From assembly GCA_038874215.1 (NCBI GenBank), contig JAVZCV010000022.1, positions 1 through 20,641 of the forward strand: a DNA stretch of 20,641 nucleotides. The letters are read 5' to 3'. Both the position numbers and the translations under genes were made by a program. Below the pieces are notes generated by a model. That model was not told the origin of the DNA, did not search any database, and saw only the letters and a program-made list of their open reading frames with translations. Numbering within the stretch: position 1 is the first letter of the stretch; every line of letters begins with the position of its first letter. Positions 1 through 7,017 of the stretch are shown piece after piece. This DNA comes from Candidatus Micrarchaeia archaeon (GTDB lineage Archaea > Micrarchaeota > Micrarchaeia > Burarchaeales > JAVZCV01).

Positions 1-549
1 GCCTAAGAGTATGCCGGCGACAAAGAAAACAATGGATTTATCTTTGTGTGCCAAAACAAAAATAAAAGCTGAGAGCATGATCCCAAAAAGCTCATAGGCG
101 TAAAAACCCGCGAATTTCTTTTCACCCCAAAGAAGGCATGGCTTGATGATGCGGATTGCGTGCGTCAACAAAAATCCACGGAACAAAGTTTCCTCAAAGA
201 AGGCATTCACAGACCACGAGAGCATGATTGATGCGCTTAAAGGAACGAAAGGGAAGGTTTGGTTTAGAATATGTGCTATAGCGATAAAAGTAATCCCACA
301 GAGTAAGATTAATCCAGTCCAATAGAGGTAGGGTGCGGTTCTCCGCGGTATGTGGTTGTATGAGCCGAATTTATTATAGAAAATGGAGTCAATGGCGATT
401 ACGAAGAATGCGAGTATGATGTTTTTAAGATGGTTCCACGGATCTCCGAAATTGCAGCCGATATGGCATACATCATAGACTGCCCAGAGAACGAGAATAA
501 CGAAGATAAGCTCAGCGAAAAGGGAGAGAAAGATATTACGAAAACGCAT
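1..549 (-). CDS. CPBP family (CAAX/Abi, type II CAAX protease-like) intramembrane glutamic endopeptidase, 3' end outside the window
   Basis: Not in the ORF track; translated by hand from ATG at 549: MRFRNIFLSLFAELIFVILVLWAV...SVNAFFEETLFRGFLL...IMLSAFIFVLAHKDKSIVFFVAGILLG. The frame is open to position 1. It has the EExxFRG and FxxxH motifs and several hydrophobic segments. Confidence 0.85.
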   Translation of the reverse strand, partial: MRFRNIFLSLFAELIFVILVLWAVYDVCHIGCNFGDPWNHLKNIILAFFVIAIDSIFYNKFGSYNHIPRRTAPYLYWTGLILLCGITFIAIAHILNQTFPFVPLSASIMLSWSVNAFFEETLFRGFLLTHAIRIIKPCLLWGEKKFAGFYAYELFGIMLSAFIFVLAHKDKSIVFFVAGILLG

Positions 550-567
550 CCCATCACTGGCGATTAA

Positions 568-1854
568 TCAGTATTGGTTTATGCGCTTTTTAACAGAGAG
601 CGTATGGGCAGGAAAGCCCTCGTAGTTGCTCATAAGCGCTATGTCATTTGCAACTCTTGCAAGCCCATGCTTGCTCGCCTTTTCGTAGGTTGGCATTCTT
701 AGAAAAGTCTCAACGGAGATGCCAGAATATAGTTTCGCTCTTCCTCCTGTTGGGAGAATTGCATTCGTGCCCGCTATGAAATTGCCAAGAGTTATGGGCG
801 TGTATTCGCCTATGCAAACTGTTCCCGCATTCTTTATCATGCGTGCAACAGATGGGGCGTTCTTCGTATTAACTACTATGTGCTCGGGCGCATACTCGTT
901 TGCGAATTCTATTGCCTCTTCAAGCGTATTTGTGATTACTGCACACGAATATTTTTTCATGTTTTCTTCAATGTATGAGCGCCGTGGCTCTGGAAGGAGG
1001 TGGAGTATTTCTGAGGCTTCTTTTTTAACGGCTACGGCGAGGCTTTCTGAGTTTGTTACCAGAACGCCCGCAGAATCGGGACCATGCTCTGCTTCTGATA
1101 GGACGTCAAGGGCTACGAAATGCGGATTTGCATGCCCGTCTGCCAGTACCATTCCCTCGCTCGGACCAGGAAGGAAAGGGATGCGGACTGTTTCGCTCAC
1201 GACTTTCTGCGCTGCCACTACGTAAGGATTGCCTGGGCCCGCTATAACGGAAACTTTTGGTATGCTTTCTGTTCCATAAGCCATTGCGGCTATTGCAGGA
1301 ACTCCTCCAACGCGATATACGCGGGCTCCGCAAAGGGAGGCGGCATAAAGGCATGCTCCTTTTGCCGCTTGTGGTGGGGTGCACATTATTATCTCTTTAA
1401 CGCCAGCGACTTTTGCGGCGATGCCAAGCATGAGGACTACGGAGGGATAGAGAGCCTTCCCGCCAGGAACGTAAATGCCTGCGCGCTGAAACGGAAGTAT
1501 TCGCCTTCCGACAACTATGCCCTTTTCAACCTCCAATTCAAATGCTTTGGGCATCTGCCTTCTGTGAAATCTCTCTATGTTGCGCGCTGCTCTTCTAATT
1601 GCACGCTTTAGCTCTGGTGCGAGTGAGCACTCTGCCTCGCCCATCTCTTTTCTGCTAACGAGGAAGTGTGATGGCTCTATATCAACGCCGTCAAACTTCT
1701 TTGTGTATTCGCGGACTGCGACATCTCCGCGCGCCCGAACATCGTCTATTATTTCTCTCGCTGATCGCATCGCTGCCTCAATATCTATCTCTGCCCTTCG
1801 CATTATCTTTTCCTTTTTTTCAGGGGTTAGTTCTGAAAGCCGATATATGCGCAT
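568..1854 (-). CDS. hisD: Histidinol dehydrogenase family protein (HisD-like, atypical active-site residues)
   Basis: Motifs GIYVPGG, YPSVVLM, GPGNPYV, GPSE, AEHGPDS, YAPEH, LPTGGRA and EGFPAH; 428 aa; same operon as hisC and hisS. Confidence 0.88.
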   Translation of the reverse strand: MRIYRLSELTPEKKEKIMRRAEIDIEAAMRSAREIIDDVRARGDVAVREYTKKFDGVDIEPSHFLVSRKEMGEAECSLAPELKRAIRRAARNIERFHRRQMPKAFELEVEKGIVVGRRILPFQRAGIYVPGGKALYPSVVLMLGIAAKVAGVKEIIMCTPPQAAKGACLYAASLCGARVYRVGGVPAIAAMAYGTESIPKVSVIAGPGNPYVVAAQKVVSETVRIPFLPGPSEGMVLADGHANPHFVALDVLSEAEHGPDSAGVLVTNSESLAVAVKKEASEILHLLPEPRRSYIEENMKKYSCAVITNTLEEAIEFANEYAPEHIVVNTKNAPSVARMIKNAGTVCIGEYTPITLGNFIAGTNAILPTGGRAKLYSGISVETFLRMPTYEKASKHGLARVANDIALMSNYEGFPAHTLSVKKRINQY

Positions 1855-1863
1855 TTCAACCGC

Positions 1864-2736
1864 CTATTTATACAGCATCGCAATGCCAGAGCCGATAGGT
1901 TTGCCAACATTCTTTGAAACGGATATGCACTTAACAGTAAATAAAAATGCCGTTTTTCCACGTGCCTCTGGAATCTCAGTGATGGTCTCGTAGTTCGCCA
2001 TTCCCTTCGCTACTACTAAGTCTGCATCAAGGAATTTTTTCCATGCCTCGTCATTCACGAATTCCTTTGAAAAGCCGAAGCAGGAGCCTTTCCCGAAAAC
2101 TTCTGCTGGGAATCGCACCTGCTTCGCTTCTTTTAAAGTCAAGTCATCATCAACGGGCGAAGTGCAAACGGCTACGCGCACGCGCGCCCGCTTTGCAAGC
2201 TCTTTTATGAGAAGCTTATCAAAGAATGCCTCTCCTGCATTATCGCATATGTACAGGATGCTGCGGGCTTTCAGCACCTTTTTGTAAATTTCTCTCGTAT
2301 CATCTATCGCAAGCCCACTGCGTACCGCCCTCCTTATCGTTTTTTCTATTTCGCTTACATTTACCGAGTGGCGTGGCGAAGAAACCTCGGCTATATTCCC
2401 GTATATTGCAATCATGAGCGCTCTTTTAAAGCGTTCAAATTCTGTTTTTCCTTCCGAAACGTACTTTTCAAAAACGGGGTAGGACTTTTTGGCATGCTCC
2501 ATCGCTTCCCGTTTTTTCATCCTATACGGATCTTTGTTGCCTGTCAGGCGCATCACGAGCATGCTTTGGAGAGTCCCGAGGTCGGATGGTGTTTTTTCAT
2601 ATGAAAATTCTTTTTCCATCAGCCTGCACATTTCAAGAACAACTTTTCGTATTTTTTCCTTGTCTTTTGTGCCCAATTCTGCGGTTTTTAAAACGCGGTC
2701 AAACATGCACGCCGCACAGTAGGGATAGATTTTCAT
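1864..2736 (-). CDS. DUF89 / ARMT1-like metal-dependent (damage-control) phosphatase, subfamily I-like
   Basis: N-terminal CxxC (CAAC), DPYxxxK, GNIAE, DNAGEAFFD, KGMANYE and KC motifs; 290 aa; start overlaps the hisC stop (ATGA). Confidence 0.88.
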   Translation of the reverse strand: MKIYPYCAACMFDRVLKTAELGTKDKEKIRKVVLEMCRLMEKEFSYEKTPSDLGTLQSMLVMRLTGNKDPYRMKKREAMEHAKKSYPVFEKYVSEGKTEFERFKRALMIAIYGNIAEVSSPRHSVNVSEIEKTIRRAVRSGLAIDDTREIYKKVLKARSILYICDNAGEAFFDKLLIKELAKRARVRVAVCTSPVDDDLTLKEAKQVRFPAEVFGKGSCFGFSKEFVNDEAWKKFLDADLVVAKGMANYETITEIPEARGKTAFLFTVKCISVSKNVGKPIGSGIAMLYK

Positions 2737-3794
2737 TTTTTCATCCTTCCGTACTCCTCTGCAATCTCAAAGAGTGATGAAAGCAATCTGTCGTTCTCAT
2801 CTGTTTTGCCGATTGTTATTCGGACGCAGTCTGGAAGAGACTCGCGGGCGAGTATGCCTTTTGCGAGAAGATGCCCTGCGAGGTTGGGGAAAGGAGCTTT
2901 TACGAGCAGGAAGTTCGCTTCTGACGGGTAGGCTTTATATCCCATGCGCGATATCTCTGTGCGCACACGCTCTCTGTCTTTTATTATTTGCGATACTGTC
3001 GAGCGCATGTAGTCTATATCGGCAAGGGCGGCAAGCGCACACGCCTGCGCCGCACCATTCACGTTGAAGACGAGTTTGGTTTTCATAAGAGCATTCGCGA
3101 TTTCTTTTGAAGCAAGAGCGTATCCAACCCGCAAGCCAGCAAGAGCAAAAGCCTTTGAGAGGCTGCGTATTATTATGAGGTTTTCCTGATCTGGTATCCG
3201 ACCTGCGAGGGTTTTTCCGCTGAACTCGTAATATGCTTCGTCAAGTATGACTGGTAGCCCAGTGTCAAGGAAGCGCTCAATGTGCCCATGCGCAACCCCT
3301 GTTCCCGTCGGGTTGTTGGGGTTGCATATGGCTATTGCGACAGTTCTCTCGTTTATTTTTGAGAGCATGCCCTCTGCCGTAGCATGCGTAAAAGCGAAGT
3401 TTTCATCAAGAGGCTGGGTTATGAATCTGCCGCCGTAGAATCTCGTCCCTATCTCATACATAGGGAATGTTGGGGAGTATGAAATGACTTCGGAGTTTTT
3501 TTCTACGAAGAGCCCGAGTATGCAGCGGATTGCGTCGTCTCCTCCACTGAAAGCAACTATATTTTCGGGCGGCACGCCAGTGTATTCTGAAAGCTTATTC
3601 CTAAGCTCACGCGCTTCTGGGTCTGGGTATCTGAATATTTTTTCGGAGTATTCAGAAAGCGCTTTTTTGACTTTGGGGGAAGGGCCGTAGTTGTTCTCGT
3701 TTGACATCAAGCCTATCTCGTATTTCACAGCCCTTGCGGTTGGGTAGGCGCTCATCTCCTGAACGCACTTCCTTATCTTTTTTTCTATGCCCAT
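2733..3794 (-). CDS. hisC: Histidinol-phosphate aminotransferase (PLP-dependent, class I/II)
   Basis: Motifs SNEN, RYPD, CNPNNPTG, LDEAYYEF, RSLSKAFALAGLRVGY (PLP lysine), SEANF and VRITIG. Start moved from 3881 to ATG 3794, which follows GGTGGTGGG and lies 10 nt after the hisS stop. Confidence 0.85.
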   Translation of the reverse strand: MGIEKKIRKCVQEMSAYPTARAVKYEIGLMSNENNYGPSPKVKKALSEYSEKIFRYPDPEARELRNKLSEYTGVPPENIVAFSGGDDAIRCILGLFVEKNSEVISYSPTFPMYEIGTRFYGGRFITQPLDENFAFTHATAEGMLSKINERTVAIAICNPNNPTGTGVAHGHIERFLDTGLPVILDEAYYEFSGKTLAGRIPDQENLIIIRSLSKAFALAGLRVGYALASKEIANALMKTKLVFNVNGAAQACALAALADIDYMRSTVSQIIKDRERVRTEISRMGYKAYPSEANFLLVKAPFPNLAGHLLAKGILARESLPDCVRITIGKTDENDRLLSSLFEIAEEYGRMKK

Positions 3795-3804
3795 CCCACC
3801 ACCG

Positions 3805-5088
3805 TTATGGAATGCCCGAGTTTTGAAGAATGATTTTTGCGGCATCTTCTGTGCTAACCTTCTTCTCCTCCCCTGTTTCAAGAGAGCGGAGAGTTATCAT
3901 GTTCTCTTTAATTTCCCTATCACCCACCACTGCAACGAATGGTATCCCACGAGCATTCGCATACTCAAACTGCTTCTTAAGCGGCCTGCCCATCAGGTCA
4001 ATCTCGCATGGAACATGCATGCTTCTGAATTTTTGAGCTATGAGTATGCCTGCATTGTATAGCTCTGCGCTAACGGGCGCTATGTAGAGGAGGACGCGCG
4101 TTCTTTTTGCAAGGCTCTCTTTTTTCAGAATATCAAATATGCGCTCAACCCCGAGGGATATTCCAACTGCTGGCATTTGCACACCGCCGTATGCACCTAT
4201 GAGCCCATCGTATCTCCCGCCGCCTCCGATGCTTCCCGCACCCCCGCTGCACGAGATTTCAAAAACTGTGCCCGTGTAGTAATCAAGGCCGCGCGCAAGC
4301 GAGAAATCAACAGTTATGAAATCCCCATAACCGTACGTGCTGATGAGGCGCAGAAGTTCTTTTATGCCATCAAGATGCTTGCCTCCGCCTTGTTTTTCCA
4401 AAAACTCCCTTGCTTTCCGCAGTTTCTCATCATTCGTTCCGCTTATGCTTATAAAGCGGATTATTTTTTCTATGTGCGTTTCCGATATGCTGTGGGTTGC
4501 GAGCTCTTTCCTAACCCCTTCCACCCCAATTTTTTCTAATTTGTCTATCGCACGGAACGCATCAAGAAGCTTTCCTTTCTCTACACCCATTTCTAAGAAT
4601 GCTGCTTCAAGGATGCGCCTGTCGTTTATCCTTACATTGAATTTGTCTATGCCGACAGCACGAAGGCATTCAGAAGCGCATGCAACAAGCTCTGCCTCTG
4701 CGCCTATGTGCGAACTGCCGATGATATCTATGTCTGCCTGCCAGAATTCGCGGTATCGCCCTTTCTGTGGCTCTTCTCTTCTCCAGACGCGAGAGATGCA
4801 GTAGCGCTTGAAGGGCTTTGGAATGTCTAAGCGTGATGCCATAACACGGGCGAGTGGAACTGTCAGGTCAAACCTAAGCCCGAGTTTTTCCTCAACGCGG
4901 AATATCTGCTTATTTGTATCCTCCCCGCATTTAAGCGTGAGTATTTCAAGCTCCTCAAGCGCAGGCGTTTCAAGCGGCTCGTATCCGTAGGAGCGGAATA
5001 TCGCACGTATTTTATCAAAAAGCTCCTCCCGCATATTCATTTCTTCTGGCAGGAAATCGCGCATTCCTCTCGGAGTTCTGAGTTCCAT
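3805..5088 (-). CDS. hisS: Histidine--tRNA ligase
   Basis: Motifs PRGMRDF, LRFDLTVP, WRREEPQKGRYREFWQ, LARGLDYYTG, GGGGRYD and GVER, plus a C-terminal anticodon-binding domain. Confidence 0.97.
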   Translation of the reverse strand: MELRTPRGMRDFLPEEMNMREELFDKIRAIFRSYGYEPLETPALEELEILTLKCGEDTNKQIFRVEEKLGLRFDLTVPLARVMASRLDIPKPFKRYCISRVWRREEPQKGRYREFWQADIDIIGSSHIGAEAELVACASECLRAVGIDKFNVRINDRRILEAAFLEMGVEKGKLLDAFRAIDKLEKIGVEGVRKELATHSISETHIEKIIRFISISGTNDEKLRKAREFLEKQGGGKHLDGIKELLRLISTYGYGDFITVDFSLARGLDYYTGTVFEISCSGGAGSIGGGGRYDGLIGAYGGVQMPAVGISLGVERIFDILKKESLAKRTRVLLYIAPVSAELYNAGILIAQKFRSMHVPCEIDLMGRPLKKQFEYANARGIPFVAVVGDREIKENMITLRSLETGEEKKVSTEDAAKIILQNSGIP

Positions 5089-5111
5089 ACGAAAATTTTT
5101 CTGGAAAAAGG

Positions 5112-5117
5112 TTTAAA
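5112..5117 (-). promoter_or_regulatory. Putative TATA box of the hisS operon (probably a leaderless transcript)
   Basis: TTTAAA lies 24-29 nt upstream of the hisS ATG (5088); no SD motif before the ATG. Confidence 0.5.
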
Positions 5118-5125
5118 TCATGTAG

Positions 5126-5899
5126 CTATCTGCCTGCCATTTCCCTATAGAAAAACGCACCGAAGCCGATTAGCAGATAGGAGATTGAATAGAGCGCATC
5201 TACGGGATGCTGCGTTCCGTAGCCTCCAAATACGTTAAGATAGACGAACCATATGTCAGCGATGCATATGAGAAGAAAACCAAGGAGCATGACCAACCAG
5301 GGCTGGAGCAGTTTGCTCCCAAAGAAGAAGAGTGCAGTGAGAACTACAAGTGTCACTATTATGATGTCGGCAGCAATGTAGAATACGTCAAAAAACTTTT
5401 CAGCAGCACTCACCTCGGCGTTGGAGATGGGTGGGACGAGGAAAATTGCAAGCAGTATGCCGACAACGGCTCCCAAAACGAGCACTGCAAAAATATGGTT
5501 GCGGTTGTGGTATGCAAGGGTATCTTGCGATATACGGTAGAGACCTGCTATAATGGGCAAATAACCGAGCGTCCATGCAACATCGGCTAGAGAGGGGTAT
5601 GGGACATCAACTCCTACCAAAACATCATAGTACGCCCATGTTGCTTCGGCGCAGAGCCATAGTATGACGCCGATGAGAACGAGGAGCCATGAGAAGCCGA
5701 ACTCACTTTTTCCCTTCCAGAACAATCGGTAGAAACACGAAACGCCAAAAACTGCGGTTGCGGCGGTTGCGATGGCAAGGGCGTTCGTTACTATTGTGGC
5801 TGTGCGCTCCTCCATCGGAAGGGTGTATGCACCCAAAACGGATAGCAGCAGAATGAGGATTATGCCGTAGAATAGTCGTCGCGGGCATTTCTTCTTCAT
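5126..5899 (-). CDS. Polytopic membrane protein (about 8 TM) resembling the membrane sensor module of GGDEF/histidine-kinase proteins; no output domain
   Basis: Hydrophobic helices throughout. A W...(E/D)xxW...PxxxD...Y pattern occurs twice (PYPSLADVAWTLGY and HPVDALYSISY). Confidence 0.6.
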   Translation of the reverse strand: MKKKCPRRLFYGIILILLLSVLGAYTLPMEERTATIVTNALAIATAATAVFGVSCFYRLFWKGKSEFGFSWLLVLIGVILWLCAEATWAYYDVLVGVDVPYPSLADVAWTLGYLPIIAGLYRISQDTLAYHNRNHIFAVLVLGAVVGILLAIFLVPPISNAEVSAAEKFFDVFYIAADIIIVTLVVLTALFFFGSKLLQPWLVMLLGFLLICIADIWFVYLNVFGGYGTQHPVDALYSISYLLIGFGAFFYREMAGR

Positions 5900-5918
5900 G
5901 ATTTAATTTATGTTGGTT

Positions 5919-5963
5919 TATTTTAAAACTTTGCAGTCTTGTTTGAGTGATATATTTTAAAAC
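5919..5963. promoter_or_regulatory. Divergent promoter pair: two TTTTAAAA TATA-like boxes
   Basis: TTTTAAAA at 5921-5928 is 22-29 nt upstream of the minus-strand ATG 5899. TTTTAAAA at 5955-5962 is 24-31 nt upstream of the plus-strand ATG 5986. Confidence 0.55.
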
Positions 5964-5985
5964 GTGCTAATTTGAAATTTAAGAC

Positions 5986-7017
5986 ATGGGGATTGGCGAA
6001 TCTGTAGATTTGGTGACCAAAATATTCAGTAGGAGTTTTGCCATATACCGAGAAAACAATACAAAATTCCTTATTCCCCTCATAATTGTTTTTATACTTT
6101 CAATCCCATTGCCCAACATATACTTCACCACGATAATAGCCACGGTAAATTGTTTAGGCGCTTTTCCAGTTTTTCTGCCTTATCTATTTGTGGTAGGTAC
6201 CATGGTCACAGTTGTAATTGGTTTGATGGTTCTTCTTCATACTCTGATTCTCAGCATGCTACATGCCATACGGGATCTGATAATGAAGCGCCAGCCTTCG
6301 GTGTGGCATGCACACTTCTGGACAGAGATAGGAAATGGTTTGAGGTGTGTTGTTATTAGAATTGGTTTGTTTATCGTGTTAAGCATACCTTTCATAATTG
6401 CGTTTATTCTTATATTCCTTCGGGCGGTAACATCTTGGGATGGGATTTTTATTCTAGTTGCAACCCTAATCCTATTCATTATTATTATAATCATATTGGT
6501 GAACTTCCTCGCTATTTTCGTTCCGCAGGAGCTTGCACTCGCAAGGTCGGGAATTTTGAAGGCTGTTTCTTCATCAATATCGCTTATTTTTTCAAATTTC
6601 CTTTTGGTTTTTCTATTCGCGCTCGTGTGGGCGATAATTGGAATATTAATGACCATAGGTTCGATGCCAATTTCATGTTGTTGCGTCACTCAGTATATAC
6701 CAAAGGTAGTTGGGATATTCGTGTTGCTTCCTGTAAATCTCATTTCGAATACGATGCTTTGGCTGTTGCTTAAAGGACAAATAAGCCAAGAAGAAATAGT
6801 AGGAAGAAGGTTGGAGGATAAAAAGGAGGTATTAAAAAGTGTTGAAAAGGAAAAAATTCGGGAGATGGATGGGGAAGGTGAGGAAATTGATGATAACGAA
6901 GTTGAGAGCGGGAATGAAGTCGTGAGTGAACACGTTCCCGAATACAGTAGTCCAGAGCCACCCACGGGCATTGGGCACACTGGCATGGGCTTCCTCTACA
7001 GCCAAGAGAACAATTAA
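5986..7017 (+). CDS. Hypothetical multi-pass membrane protein with an acidic C-terminal tail
   Basis: 343-aa ORF with about 6 hydrophobic segments, a SCCC motif and an E/D-rich tail. Its stop overlaps the convergent gene's stop (TTAA 7014-7017). Confidence 0.7.
   Translation: MGIGESVDLVTKIFSRSFAIYRENNTKFLIPLIIVFILSIPLPNIYFTTIIATVNCLGAFPVFLPYLFVVGTMVTVVIGLMVLLHTLILSMLHAIRDLIMKRQPSVWHAHFWTEIGNGLRCVVIRIGLFIVLSIPFIIAFILIFLRAVTSWDGIFILVATLILFIIIIIILVNFLAIFVPQELALARSGILKAVSSSISLIFSNFLLVFLFALVWAIIGILMTIGSMPISCCCVTQYIPKVVGIFVLLPVNLISNTMLWLLLKGQISQEEIVGRRLEDKKEVLKSVEKEKIREMDGEGEEIDDNEVESGNEVVSEHVPEYSSPEPPTGIGHTGMGFLYSQENN

Noticed and set aside
2733-3794. CobD threonine-phosphate decarboxylase instead of HisC
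   Set aside because: No cobalamin genes nearby and it is flanked by hisS and hisD. Not formally excluded without a tree.
3795-3881. N-terminal extension of hisC in the ORF track
   Set aside because: Overlaps the hisS 3' end; ATG 3794 has an SD motif and gives a normal length.
719-4990. Many plus-strand ORFs (e.g. 719-1225, 1120-1611, 4337-4804) opposite the his genes
   Set aside because: Antisense shadows of well-supported genes, with no motifs.
3805-5088. HisZ (ATP-PRT regulatory subunit) instead of HisS
   Set aside because: The catalytic motifs (LARGLDYY, GGGRYD, GxER) and the anticodon-binding domain are intact.
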